The notes under the pieces were generated by a model. That model saw only the letters and a program-made list of their open reading frames with translations. It searched no databases and was not told the DNA's origin. Of a stretch of DNA of 64,000 nt, positions 13,695 through 27,830 are shown in pieces (the first letter of the stretch is position 1; every line of letters starts with the position of its first letter). The stretch comes from the human T2T-CHM13v2.0 reference genome, Homo sapiens, in assembly GCF_009914755.1 (NCBI RefSeq), contig NC_060943.1; one strand, 5' to 3'. A program made the position numbers and the translations under genes.

Positions 13695-13805
13695 TGAACT
13701 CTGGGAGCCGGAAGATACCAGAGAGTTCACTTAAAAGGAAACTTTTATTTGACATATGGGGAAACTGAGGACTAGACAGCTAAAGTGATTTACCTATGAC
13801 CATAT
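13695..13805 (-). mobile_element. MIR fragment
   Basis: ATTTGACATATGGGGAAACTGAGG...AAGTGATTTACCTATGACCA is the antisense MIR core. Confidence 0.6.
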
Positions 13806-14049
13806 TCTCCATTATCCCAGCAGATTTTTCCCCACATTTCTACAAGTCCCAGGCAGCAATCTGGGTGCTGGGACTCCAGCAGTGAACATACAAAACCACG
13901 GCTCTCTGGGAGCCTGCATCGGGGTCACATTCTAGAAAGTCCGTGTTCGTGAGTCACGTGGGCAGCAGATTCATGGCAGGATTAGGACCCTCATTCTTAG
14001 CCTGTGGGACACAGCCCCTGATGGGGGAGCCTGTCTGAGGTCTCTGGGC

Positions 14050-14206
14050 TACGCTAGGAGGGCCCACATATGGCTTCAGGGACTGCAGGAAACCCCTAAA
14101 TTGCATGTAACACTTGAATATGGGCATCTCTGCCATCAGAAGGAACCTATAGATGCCATCAGCTCCTCAGATGGGCCCCTGACTTCCACAGGTGCTTAGA
14201 AACACT
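14050..14206. mobile_element. Possible hAT-Charlie MITE relic (subfamily uncertain)
   Basis: GGCTTCAGGG..GAAACCCCTAAATTGCATG..CATCAG..CTCAGATGGGCCCCTGAC..TTAGAAACAC resembles a recalled short Charlie element. Confidence 0.35.
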
Positions 14207-14849
14207 TCCTGGGGCCCATCTCTGAGAAACACAAAGCAAGGTGGGCAGCTCGTTCTCAGACCTAGCAGCAAGAGGCATAATTATGGGGAACCAGCCGAGA
14301 AGCCTGCTGTCAAGACAGTTTCCTGGGCAAGGGTCTGGGACGGGTATGTCCTGCTGAAGGCAACGTGGCTCTCCCAAGCCCTGCAGTTTGCTTGTGTGAT
14401 GCTGAAGGGTGTGGTGGCACCGTGGCTAGGATGGGGTATTAGCAGGACCCTGAGACACTCAGAAACCCCATTCTAGAACTTGCTAGCCAGGGTGAGAACT
14501 GTGTTTCATGCCTTTGCCATGTGGCTCAAGGGCATTGAAAATGTCCTCTCCCCACAGTCATTGGGAAGCAAGGTCCACTCATTCCCAACTTGCCTCCAGG
14601 CAGGAGATTCAAGCTGTGCACACTGCAAACTTCTGCTGAAAAGCTTCAGTCCACCCATTAGCGTTATCTGCAGTGGTATCAAAAAACGAATTAGGGTGCA
14701 CAATGAAGTATTGGGTTCTCACTTTGATGCAATGATGAGGAATAGGAAGGCAGGTGGATATTCACATCTGCTCATGTGATGGAACATCTGCTCATTGGCT
14801 GCCTGGATTCACATCCAGGTGAGTATCCACATCCTCATTGGATGTCTGG

Positions 14850-14985
14850 ATTCCTTCTTTCTTCTTTCAACAAGGCTTTATGGAGTATCTGCTCTACGCC
14901 AGCCTCTGGTGAAGCTGGTGGAGATTATATGGGAAAAAAGGCAGATGAAGTTGCTACTTTTGTGCAGCTCCCATTCTTGTGGGCT
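14850..14985 (-). mobile_element. L2 3' fragment
   Basis: TTCAACAAGGCTTTATGGAGTATCTGCTCTACGCCAG..GCAGCTCCCATTCT resembles an antisense L2 end. Confidence 0.5.
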
Positions 14986-15734
14986 CTGTGCTGCGTGGAT
15001 ACAACCCCAATACATTTATTTTTATTTTGAGCTACATTTGGAGGCCTTGACAAACAGCTTCCCAATGGATACCCAAAAGTCATAACTGGATGGGTAATAT
15101 TGTTATTCTCTCCAAGAGGTTAGCCTGCTTGTGTAAAGAAGTCAGTGATGCCGAAAGCTCAGGTCCCATGGCCTGGTCCTGCTAAGACCACGTGTGCATA
15201 TTTTCATCTTGCTGGAATTTTGGGGCCAGATCCAGGCTACCGATTCCGAGAAGTTCCAGGGTTCAAGGAGCAACAGATGCAGGGTTTGTGCTAGCTCAGT
15301 CTCAGATTGGGAGGATCCCAGGTGCCAGTATCCTGTCAATTCTGTGCAAAGGCGGAGAGGTGTTTTCTGCATGGAATCTGGCTGCTGTGACCTGGGATTC
15401 AGGGAGCAAGCGGCTGGCTGGGTACTCTTGAGAGACCTTAATCCTGCCTTTGAAAAGCTGCTTAAAAATAATACTACTAAATAAATCTTTACAGTGGATG
15501 GAACAAGCTAGACTTCGGTACCCATCCCCCAGACAAACAAGGAGAGATTAGACGCCAGAGTGAGAGAAGGTATTAGTTGCCCATCAGTGGCATCAGTCTG
15601 TGAGGTGTGTCCAGGTGGGTCCTCCTCCTCCAGCCCGTGTGACGTTCTACCTTGTGCTTTGCAGCACAGGAAGGCAGAATCATAATCACACAGGCATCTG
15701 GGGCTAATACATATATTCAACGTCTGCCAAGTAC

Positions 15735-15896
15735 TCTAGACTGGAGGCCTCAGGAGTATAAGAACTGTATCTGCTTTGGTCATCCCCGAATCCCCCAGGT
15801 CTGGCACAGTGCCTGAAACAGAGTAGAGGCCTTAAGAGACACATGGTGAGGAAAACAAAGGAAAGAAAGAATGGATGGATGGATGGATGGATGGAC
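15735..15896 (+). mobile_element. L2 3' end with (ATGG)n tail
   Basis: CTAGACTG..GTCTGGCACAGTGCCTG..AGTAG followed by GAATGGATGGATGG (15871-15895). Confidence 0.6.
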
Positions 15897-16209
15897 AAAT
15901 AGCAGTATTTTGTGATTATAAGGATTATCAAAACTTCTGGTACCTGGCTTATATTTTCCAAGCCATAGATCCGATGGAGATAGCACAGATGTCTCACAAC
16001 TTTTCAAATCTCTTTAAACGAACAAATAGAAGCCACTTGTTTACCTGTAAAAAATAGTGTGGAGTCTGTTTCTGTTTCAAACTAGGTGAAGGGAATCTTG
16101 GTATTCATTTTATTGCTACTATTATCTTATTGAACACTATGGATATTATTGTGCATATGATTAAACATATAATTTAAAAATTAATTTTAGAAAGGAAAAC
16201 AAGGAGGGG

Positions 16210-17050
<841 letters not shown>

Positions 17051-17584
17051 AATAAAATCACAGTGTAGCCTTAACAAGAAAGCTGTTGAGCTTTATGTCA
17101 GGAGTTTTTGTGGAGTGCTATTAGCTTCACAGGATAACTGGTTTTTTTCTTTATGATCAGAGGCACTAACTGGTCACCACAAAGGCCTTTGATGAGTTAG
17201 CATGAGAAAAGTAATCAGTTATTACCTAATAGATGCTTTTTCTTGGTCAATAAAACTTGTCAACAAATTGAGTTTGTGGGTCTTGGGAAATGATGTAAAA
17301 GCAGCCAGCCACTAAAGTAATTAAGCCAACACTCTTATTTTTCACATGAAGAACGGACATTCAGAGAGGGCGAGTGACTGGCCTGAGGTTGCACAGCAAG
17401 CTCGGGGCAGAGTCAGGAAGCCCTGGCCCTGAAATCTTCGTGCATGAATGACTCTGCATGATGGGGCTTCTGGAGAAGGGACAGCAGGAAGGCAGCCAGA
17501 GTCCTTCCAGCGACAGCAGGTTTTGCAGGCACAAGTCCACGTAGCTTGCACTACAAAGCAGATCACACTGCTGGAACCTTGTAT

Positions 17585-17670
17585 TCATTACCTTATTTAA
17601 TCCTCACAGTCTCTCTGTTGGGTAAGGGGTCTCATTATCCCCATTTTACAGATGGGAAAACTCAGTCTCC
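17585..17670 (-). mobile_element. MIR fragment
   Basis: ATTTAATCCTCACA...ATTATCCCCATTTTACAGATGGGAAAACT is canonical antisense MIR. Confidence 0.75.
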
Positions 17671-17742
17671 GCTGGAGGAACTCATTCTACATGTTCCTGC
17701 CATTGATGCTGTAGGAAGGTAATAGTGGATGGTGCGAAATGC

Positions 17743-18331
17743 TTTTTTTGTTTGTTTTCTTTTGTTTTAAATTTCCATAGTTTTGGGGGGTGCAGATGGT
17801 TTTTGGTTACAGGGATAAGTTCTTTAGTGGTGATTTCTGAGATTCTAGTGCACCCATCACCCAAGCAGAGTACCCCATACCCAATGTGTAGTCTTTTACC
17901 CCTGACCCCCTCCAAACCTCCCCCACCGCCAAGTCCCCAACATTCATTATATCACTCTTATGCCTTTGCATCCTCATTACTTAGCTCCCACTTCTAACTG
18001 AGAACATACAGTATTTGGTTTTCCATTCCTGAGTGACTTCACTTGAAATGATGGCCTCTAGCTCCATCCAAATTGCTGCAAAACACATTGTTTCATTCCT
18101 TTTCATAGCAGAGTAGTATTCCATGGCACATATATACTGTATTTTCGTTATCCACTCATTGGTTGATGGGCACTTAGGTTGGTTCCATATCTTTGCAACT
18201 TTGAATTGTGCTTCAATAAGCCCACATGTGTGTGGGTGTCTTTCATATAATGACTTTTTTTCCTCTGGGTAGATACCCAGGAGTGGGATTCCTGGATCGA
18301 ATGGTGGATCTCCTTTTAGTTCTTTAAGGAA
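17743..18331 (-). mobile_element. L1PB (PB2-like) 3' end, 5'-truncated
   Basis: T-rich tail, then GGTTAC..AAGTTCTTTAGTGGTGATTTCTGAGAT..GTGCACCCATCACCC and GGGTAGATACCCAG..GGATCGAATGGT, characteristic of the L1PB 3' UTR and ORF2 end. Confidence 0.88.
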
Positions 18332-18643
18332 GCTGCAGGATGTTTTTTGACATCACTGTATCTTGCAGACAGGCAGGGACTATCACCAGCTCACAGTCCA
18401 TGTACTTCCATCACACAGATTCCCATCTTCCTTCTATGACCCTGGCTTCAGATAGGAGCCGTGCTGCTTCAGGTTTTGAGGGAGTCAAATTGCTACTTAG
18501 GACAGAAAGACTTTGGCCATTTGAAAAGCCTGGAGTTAGAGGTGGGAGGCCAAGAATCCAGGTAGCCAGTCTTCTGTGAGATACTGAGCTGAGGCCATGT
18601 CCAGGTCACCAGCAAATTGAAAGAGCAGATGTTCCTGGAAAAC

Positions 18644-18887
18644 TGCTTGAGCCTAGGAGTTCAAGGCTGCACTGAGCCATGATTGTGCCACTGCACTCCA
18701 GGCTGGGTGACAAAGTGAGACCTCATCTCTAAAAATAAAATAAAATAAATAAAATAAAATAAAATAAAATAAAATAAAATAATAAAATAAAATAAAATAA
18801 AATATAAAATAAAATAATAAAATAAAATAAATAAAATAAAATAAAATAAAATAAAATAAAATAAAATAAAATAAAATAAAAATAAAA
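18644..18887 (+). mobile_element. 5'-truncated AluJ/FRAM with long (AAAAT)n tail
   Basis: GCTTGAGCCTAGGAGTTCAAGGCTGCA..CCATGATTGTGCCACTGCACTCCAG (18644-18730), then 157 bp of AAAAT-based repeat (18731-18887). Confidence 0.9.
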
Positions 18888-20000
18888 GTGCCTGCAAGGA
18901 CACACACACCTCTTAAGGCTTTGAAAGGGACCTCCTCCTATTTTTAGATGCTACATGCTTTCAGCTGTCACGGGCAACCCATAACCTCTGGTCTTCATGG
19001 TGGGATGCAGTGAGTTGGGGGTTTCCCAGATGGAGTGCAGATTTAGTTCTGAGGGCGTGGGTTGGTGCTGAGCCACCTGAAGTAAGCAGGGCATGTTTAT
19101 TCCACCGTTGGGAGGCCACTTCACCAGTCTTTAGTCAAGACCCTGAAGGTGTTTGGTTGTCCCCTTTCTTAGGTGACCACAGTTCCATCATGAATTGGTA
19201 GGTAACACTTTGTGAAGGAAACAGAGAAGAATGGTCCTGAGTGTGAATTGAGTTGACTCCCAGGCACAAACGGGAGGGTGGCTAGAGTCTGGGCTCTGCA
19301 GACCCATCCTGTGGATTTCAATCCAGCAGGGGCCCTGTCCAGCTGTGATCCTGAGAACGTTGCAGCTCAGCTTCCTCCTGTACGTAAAGAGGGCTACATC
19401 ATGACCTCCATCAAAGAAGTGGCTGCATAGGAAGAGGGTTCTTGTCAATCCTCGAATCATGGAACACTGGGGGCAGCTATTGGTGGAGGCCCCAGCAGGA
19501 GAAAGGTGGAGTGGAGAAGGGAGGGGAAAGGGAGGATGTCAGAATGTGTGTGAAGGCTGGCTCTCACGTCCCCAGGCCATGCCATTGTACCAACCTGGCT
19601 ATCTCTGCACAATGCAGACAGCCCCTGGCTAAACTGTGTTCTTTATCTGCAAACTGAGCAGCTTGGATCAAATGATCCCCTCACCTCCCTAAACCTCTTC
19701 GACGTAGATTTTTGTCAAACTTATTTACAAAAGATCCTACACAATACCATCATACTTTCTACATCTTGTTTATGGCTGAGTGTGGCTGTAACTTGCTTTC
19801 AAATGTTTTTTTAAAAATTCATGTGAAACTTTTTTTTGTTTTAGAGTTTTTTACTGGTGTAAAATGAGGCTTTCTATTGACATTTTGTGATGGGGATATT
19901 TTTATTATTATTCTCATTGTTAATTTTAATTACGCTCTTCTTTGTTCATCAATAGCTTTCTTTCATGTCCCCTCCTTAATTCATTATATTTTAAAAAGTA

Positions 20001-20289
<289 letters not shown>

Positions 20290-20339
20290 GTAACATACTT
20301 TCAGAAAAAAGTCCCTATGCATATGTGTGTAACATATTA

Positions 20340-20690
20340 GAAATATATATGTATATGCATTACTTTATAGTCCTATTATTTTTGAAAATGTGATCATATA
20401 ATGATCATACAATAGGTATTTTCTGCACTTTGCTTTTTTTCACTTAAACAGAATGAGGCAGATGTAGAAGTATTGACTTTAGTCTCCAGTTATATTGTTA
20501 CCAGGTGCATAGTATTCTATTAGACCATGTACAATAAATTATTTAACCTACCTGGTATTGATGCTTACCCATACAGGATATGATATTGTTGTGAGATTTT
20601 GTTATTTCATGCAAAACTTCACCAAATATCTTTTGCGTATTTGTGCAATTGTATTTATACAATAAATTCATTGAAGAGAAATTGCAATTG
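20340..20690 (-). mobile_element. L1ME-type 3' fragment
   Basis: TTCTGCACTTTGCTTTTTTTCACTTAA, GCATAGTATTCTATT and TTATTTAACC..TATTGATG are typical of antisense L1ME 3' ends. Confidence 0.6.
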
Positions 20691-21974
20691 ATTTTTTGAA
20701 TGGATTTGTTTGGAACAAGATTTACAAAATTCTAAATGGTATGACAAGCACAGAAGTAAACTTTTTCAAGTATCAGACCAGAATGAATCTTGAAACCTTC
20801 AGGAGATCACTGTGGGCAGAAGAAATGGATTTCTACTCTGCATCGTGGTCCTTTGTCCCTATTCACCTCATCACAGGAAGTATTTACCTAGGGTCATTTT
20901 TTTTTGCAGGTAAACACTTCTTGGGATAATAAGCAGGTGAATGTTTTTCATGGGCATCTGCAGATGTGAGACCCGGGAGACTTGTGTAGGGTGATATGAT
21001 GCATACCAAAATGAGAGCTTTCTGGACACGAATCCACCAGAACTTTAGCCTGGACTGGCCAGGGCTAATCCTACCTGAAGGTTTTATGAGGTGCCAGCTC
21101 TTTACCCAGCTGTAGGCTACCTGATTCCAGTCTGGGACCTAGAATGAGCCATATTGGTTGATGGCTATAGAAGACACTGGTGTAGTGCACAGTCAGGCTG
21201 GGTGAGGTTCCTGGCTCTAAGGAACTGGGCCCCAGCAGCTTGGATATCTAGAGTCTCGATCACATAGTTCTTGTTGTGTGTTTCCAAGGGGCCCAGCACT
21301 GATCATCAGGGTGAACTTATGTTGTGGAAATCTCCTGTGATTCTTGCTAAGGAAGATATAGGACTTTCACTCTCCCTCTGAACATTGTGACCAGCTTCCT
21401 TGGTGCCTAAGGAGTGGGCATGGGAATCAGAATGTTGCCTTGGAGCTTGGACCAGATTAAAACTCTAGTGCAGTCCCTTGGGAGATGTGTTGACTCTCAT
21501 CTCGAAGCCAGGAGTCAGCCACGGAAGTGGAGAAGTCCAGGTGACGAAAGGGCCCATACGTGTCTCTCTCATCTTGGCTTGTTCACTACAACATGGTAAC
21601 TGCTTGCTGAATTCGATGGATAGGAACAGCTAGCAAAGTGATTGCTTCTAGACTATCATTGCATTTTCTACTTTTCTATTCAATTGCTCTCCATGTACAT
21701 AGTGCAATCCCTTGCCCCATCTCAGCTTCTAGAGAGAATTAAGAATGCTCACAAATATTAAAAGAAGACTTGTTTGAACCCCAGGAGGAAGATTACATTT
21801 TGGAATCTGAGCCTTCTATCAGTCAATAGAAAAATGGAAACACGGTCAAATATATGATTCAGGGAAACCCACAAAATAGCGCTTGTCTAGAATCACCTCT
21901 GGACACTTTCTATACAATTTCTAATTACTTTTTTGAGGTTAGTTATAAGGAACTTCAAATGTATTTTTGTAGAG

Positions 21975-22160
21975 CTAAATTCTACCCCTGACTCTGCTTC
22001 TCAAGCACTGAATGACTGGCCTTAACATCTTTGAAGTTCTGTTTTTGCAGCTGGCAAATGAAATAATTTTTGCCATGGCTCTGACATAGCTATTGTGAGG
22101 GCCCAAGAAGATGTGGTAAAGAAAAGTGTTTTCTTAGCTGTAAAGTTTTGAAATAATTAA
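21975..22160 (+). mobile_element. MIR fragment
   Basis: CTGACTCTGC..CTTAACATCTTTGAAGTTCTGTTTT..CATAGCTATTGTGAGG..GAAAAGTG. Confidence 0.5.
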
Positions 22161-22257
22161 GAGGTTAATGGCAGTGGCCTGTAATGAAGCTTGTATAGTT
22201 AGGTTGGCCATCAGTGTTGTTCAAATGTACACTATCAAACAACTCCGTGCTTCAAGA

Positions 22258-22620
22258 CATTTGTTTATTCATTTATTCATCCATCCATCCATCCACCCAT
22301 CCATCCACCCATCCACCTATCCATCCACCCATCTACCCATCCATCCATCCATCCATCCATCCATCCATCCATCCATTTACCTACCCATCCACCCATGTAT
22401 CCATCCATCCACCCATCCGTCCATCCATCCACCCATTTATCCATCCATCCATCCACCCATTTATCCATCCATCCATCCATCCATCCATCCATCCATCCAT
22501 CCATGCATCCATCCATCCATCCACTTATCCATCCATTCATTCAACCATCCACCCACCCATCTATCCATTCATCCATCCATCCATCCATGCATTCAGCCAT
22601 CCATCCACTCATCCATCCAT
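22258..22620. repeat. (CCAT)n / (ATGG)n tetranucleotide satellite, ~360 bp
   Basis: Interrupted CCAT/CCAC array; explains the HPSI/MDGW pseudo-ORFs. Confidence 0.97.
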
Positions 22621-22712
22621 GTCACAGATATTTATTGAGAATCTACTACATGCTAGGCACTGTGGAAAGACAAAAGCACATCCCCAGCCCTCAGAAACTT
22701 CTTTCTAGTGGA
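22621..22712 (-). mobile_element. L2 3' end
   Basis: ATATTTATTGAGAATCTACTACATGCTAGGCACTGTG..CCCCAGCCCTCAGAAACTT..TCTAGTGG is a canonical antisense L2 end. Confidence 0.75.
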
Positions 22713-25214
22713 AGTAACAAGCAAGGATAGTGGATGTTACAATGCCTTACAACACATTTTCTCATTTTTTAATGATAAAAATGTTTCTAGTTTCCTTAGA
22801 TCTAAAACATGGACCTAAATGATAAATGCCTTTTGTGTGGTGTTGGGACAGGATAGGGTGTGACGGCAACCATATTTCCATCTGGCAGGGCAGTTCCAAG
22901 AGGCTGGGAGAGCTGATACTTCTTCACATGGCAGGCTGGGCTGGCACATTTGGGGATTACTTCAGATCCCCCTTGGTGGCCAGTCCTTGTGGGGGTCTCC
23001 CCCTCTGGGTGGGGGAGGCTAAGTCTGTGGATGGCTGCTCCATCAGCAGGTGCTATTTTAGGACTCCCCATTGGGCTGATCCTGGGGTGAGGTATTCCCA
23101 TTCAATTTCTGTTTGAATCAGAAACAGAGTGGAAGCTTAGCCGTCAAAAGAGGAAGAAATGGATCTTCATGTCATCTCAAACTTTTAAGACAAACTCAGT
23201 TTCTAGGCTTACATTCCTAGAACATACCTTCTCCACTGGCCACCCATTTTGTTTTCTTTTAAATGTTTCCCTCTGAACCAAGGACAGCCCTGTCACCCGA
23301 CTGTCATTGCTGCAGAGTGTGTGTGTGGAGGCGGGTGGGGGGGATGAGGACTCAGACATGCAAGGCCACACCCAGAGAGAGCTGCTTCTAGCCATGAGAA
23401 GGAATAGCATGCCCATGTTCATGCATTCTTCAGAAATTTATCAAAATGTAGCCTCTACCAAATGGAGCATTGTTTCTTGAAGAAGCTCTGTTATTTACCT
23501 TCACAGTACCTGCCAAACTCGAAGAGCTTGGAGGCAATCATTCGCTCAGTTGTGGCATTTTTGTTGAGGGCTTACCATGTGCTTCCAAGTCTGGGCTTCC
23601 CTGCCATTTTGTGTGTAGACAACTTGTGGAAAATAGGAAGGTCGTTGTTAGGATAGGGTTAGGAGAGGGGGAGACCAGAAGAACCCGGAGCCATTGGGAG
23701 TCCTTCCAAACCCTCTGGGGGTAGAATAAGTGACCTGTTCATTTGACATTGCAGGGCATCTATCCTCCAAGATGATGGGAAGCAGGAAGGAGTCTCCTCT
23801 CTTCCCATCCCTGTACACCCATGCCACTGTCATTAAGGCAGTGGCAACATATGTGGCCACAGCTGAAATCTCAAGTGAGGGGGAGCCCTGAAGTGGGGGA
23901 CCTCAAAGCCACTCAGTTTGCAAACAGGCATCCCAGAAAAGCTGCCCTTGGACCCCTCTTATACTCCTTATTATATTGCATTAAAACCCCCTGCTCTGTT
24001 CCATTGATAAAGACAGAAATAAAAGGTGTTCTTCCTAATATGCAGTCATATGAACCATATTTGTTCACTTACCACATAATCCTTAATTACTTCCATACTT
24101 TTATGTATAAAGAGCTTTGACTGCATTTCTGAATATGTAGTAAACTGGGTAAACCAGAAGTCATTCCTCTCTCTAAATTTGGGCAATCTGGGTAGGGAAG
24201 GTTTAGCTTTAGGGTTGGTGACATGGCGCGTACTATTTCTGCATAAATTTCCTTGGAGTCATTGATCCACTGAGTGTCAAACAAAATGTGATACCCACAA
24301 AATTCATGTATGACCCTGACATTTTTCCAGTACTTAAAGTAATTGCCCTTCTGTTTAATAACAGTGTTTATAAAATTACTTTCTGATTGGCTAGGTCCAT
24401 GGAACACTCGTGTCAATATCTGCTGCAAATATATGCCTGTGCCCTTTGGACTTGGTTTTCAAAATAATTTTCATCTCTTAAGCGTGGATCAGTGGCAGCC
24501 CTGGGAGTTAGGAGTCAAGGCTCCTGTGCACGGATCTTTTGCTGTTTGGTCGTGGGCATTTTGGAATTCTCATGGCAGCTTCCTGGGTTTGCACACTGAA
24601 GTGAGGATGGGTCTTGTGTCCTCTGTGATTTCTGTATCTTTCTAAAGGGATTTGAGATTATGAAATGAGCAGCCCAGCTTAAGGATTTGGTGCTCCCGAA
24701 AGAAACATCGTTTCACTCTTTTATTGAGTTTTATGCTCTACATTTTACAGATTTAGAAATGGGAAATTGTGAATGGGTGATTCGCTATCCAAGATCAATT
24801 AAGTGGAGAGGAGATGGTGGTAGGATCTCCCCTGTCCCCCCAAATCCAGTAGAGTGTTGAGACTCTTGGATATAAGTAATTAGATTTCAGGCAAGCTCTC
24901 AAGCACTCTTGGGACTCCATACCCAACATTTCTATCCCCAAGTGACTTGCCTGACTTTGCGGGACCATCACCTCTTTACCAACCAGAGGAAACGGGGTGC
25001 CCACTTGATTCTCACTGAGGTCTCTGGATATGGAGATACCATGGAGAGAGGAAAACACGGCTTCCCATCTTAAAATGAGGCTGAACCAGTCCCAGGGAAA
25101 AGATCCATGTCGTTGGGATTTTCCATTTTGATGTAATGACTTGTAGATCTGTTAACTACCTTGTATCTTTTATGATTTCTCCCAGTGGGACTTCCAGGAA
25201 CATTTTTTAAAATG

Positions 25215-26185
25215 TACCTTTTCAACTTTTTATTTCAAAATATCAGATTTTCTAAAAGAGTTTAAAAAGATAGTATGAGGAGTTACCTCATCCCCTTTGC
25301 CTAGGTTCCCTAAATGCTAACGTCTTACCTTCCCTTAGTTCAATGATCAAAACTGGGAAATTAACTTTGATGCAGTATTACGAATTAATCTATAGACCTT
25401 GTTAAAATTTCACCAGTGGCCCACTAATGTCCTTTCTCTGGGCCAGGGTCCAATCCAGGACTTCATGTTGAATTTAATTGTCATAGCTCCTTAGCCTCCT
25501 CCAACGTGGGGCGGTTTCTTCGTCTCTGTCTTTCATGACCTTGACATTTTTGAAGAGTAACAGTCAGTTACTTTGGAGAAAAACGCTCAGTTTGGATATT
25601 TGCCTGCTATTTTCTTATGATTAGATTGAAGCTATCAATTGTACCAAAGATGCCATGGGACTGATGTCACGTCCTCAGTGCATCCGGTCAGGAGGAACTT
25701 GAGGTGATCTTTCCTTACTGGTGATGTTAACTTTGGGTCACTCGGTTAAGATAGTGTCCTCCAGGTTTCTCAGCTGTCAATTTTTTTATGTTTATTTTTC
25801 CCTTTATGATGAAAAAGCATCGTGTGGGCAGATACTCTGAGACAACACGGGTCCTTTTTCTTTTCATACTTCTGCTCACTAACGTTTATATCCGTTGGGC
25901 GATCTTGCCTGTAACAATTATTATGATGATAGTCCAACTGTGATTTTTCTATTTCCCTCAATCCTACATGTCTTAAATTCAAATTCTTCTGTAAAGAAAA
26001 GCTGTTCTTTCTCTCCTATTGGTTATTCATTTTGAAAAATCAGTGTAGATGCACTGATATTTATTTTATTTGATGGGTTATAAATCCATGACTGTCAATA
26101 TTTTGTTGCTCAAATTGTCTCAGATTTGGCAATTGGGAGCATCTTCTTCAAATTTGGTATGCCTCCATCATTTTTAAGCACTCAG
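25215..26185 (-). mobile_element. L1MC (MC4/MC5-like) 3' UTR
   Basis: CCCACTAATGTCCTTT..CCAATCCAGGA..TTTCATGACCTTGACATTTTTGAAGAGTA..TACTGGTGATGTTAACTTTG..TTTTGTTGCTCAAATTGT are L1MC 3'-end hallmarks. Confidence 0.8.
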
Positions 26186-26370
26186 GAAGTGTTTTTTGTT
26201 TTGTTTTGTTTTTACACAAGCACATAACTAAAACTGTACCAAAAGGTACACTTGTATAAGAAGAATTGAGTCTTTCTCTTACTCCAAACTCAGCCTAACC
26301 AAATTGAGCGACCATAGATAATGAGTATATTTTAATACATTTTAATACAAATATATGCATTAATTTTTAA

Positions 26371-26721
<351 letters not shown>

Positions 26722-26780
26722 CTGTTGGTTTTTCATCTGTATATTGTGCATATTTTTCCACCTCTTCCATATTTTTGTTA

Positions 26781-26833
26781 TTAGGTTGTTGCAAAAATAA
26801 TTGCGGTTTTTGCCATTGCTTTTAATGGCAAAA
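26781..26833. mobile_element. MADE1 (Hsmar1-derived MITE), truncated
   Basis: TA-TTAGGTTGTTGCAAAAATAATTGCGGTTTTTGCCATTGCTTTTAATGGCAAAA matches the left arm and centre of MADE1; most of the right arm is missing. Confidence 0.85.
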
Positions 26834-27389
26834 TTAATAATAATTGTGGAGATTTCCTAGTTCCTTTGTAGAGTTCTACTCTTTTTAGAGATCTACTATA
26901 ATTTACTTAACCATTACCCTGTTGATGAACAATTTGATTATACATAACTATATATATATATATTCTCTCTTTCATAACTGGCCACCTTTAAAGGAAGGGC
27001 AGTGGGGACTGGGCGGGGGCGGGGGAGAGAGAGAGAGAGAGAAAGTAGGTTTCTGTAGAACAAATTCCAAGAAGCAGGACTTCCCAAAGATGGAAACCTT
27101 TGCCCATCTGATAGGTTTCTGATTGTTTTTATTTGCATATCTTTAATTATGAGTGACATTGAACATCTTTCCATATGTTTAAAAATCATTTCTATTTCTT
27201 TCTCTGTGAATTGACTTTTCATCTCATTTGCCCATTTTTTTCCTATTGAATGATTTGTATCTTTCTCACCAATTTGCAAGAGCTTATTATATATTAAGGA
27301 AATTAGCCCATTTCTGTCATTTATGTTGTAAATATTTTTCCCGGTTTGCCATATGCCTTTTGATTTTGTTTATTTTTTTATCATAGTGA

Positions 27390-27830
<441 letters not shown>

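Noticed and set aside
22168-22730. HPSI-repeat and MDGW-repeat ORFs
   Set aside because: Translations of the (CCAT)n satellite.
26781-26833. miR-548-family precursor
   Set aside because: Most of the right arm of MADE1 is missing, so no full hairpin forms.
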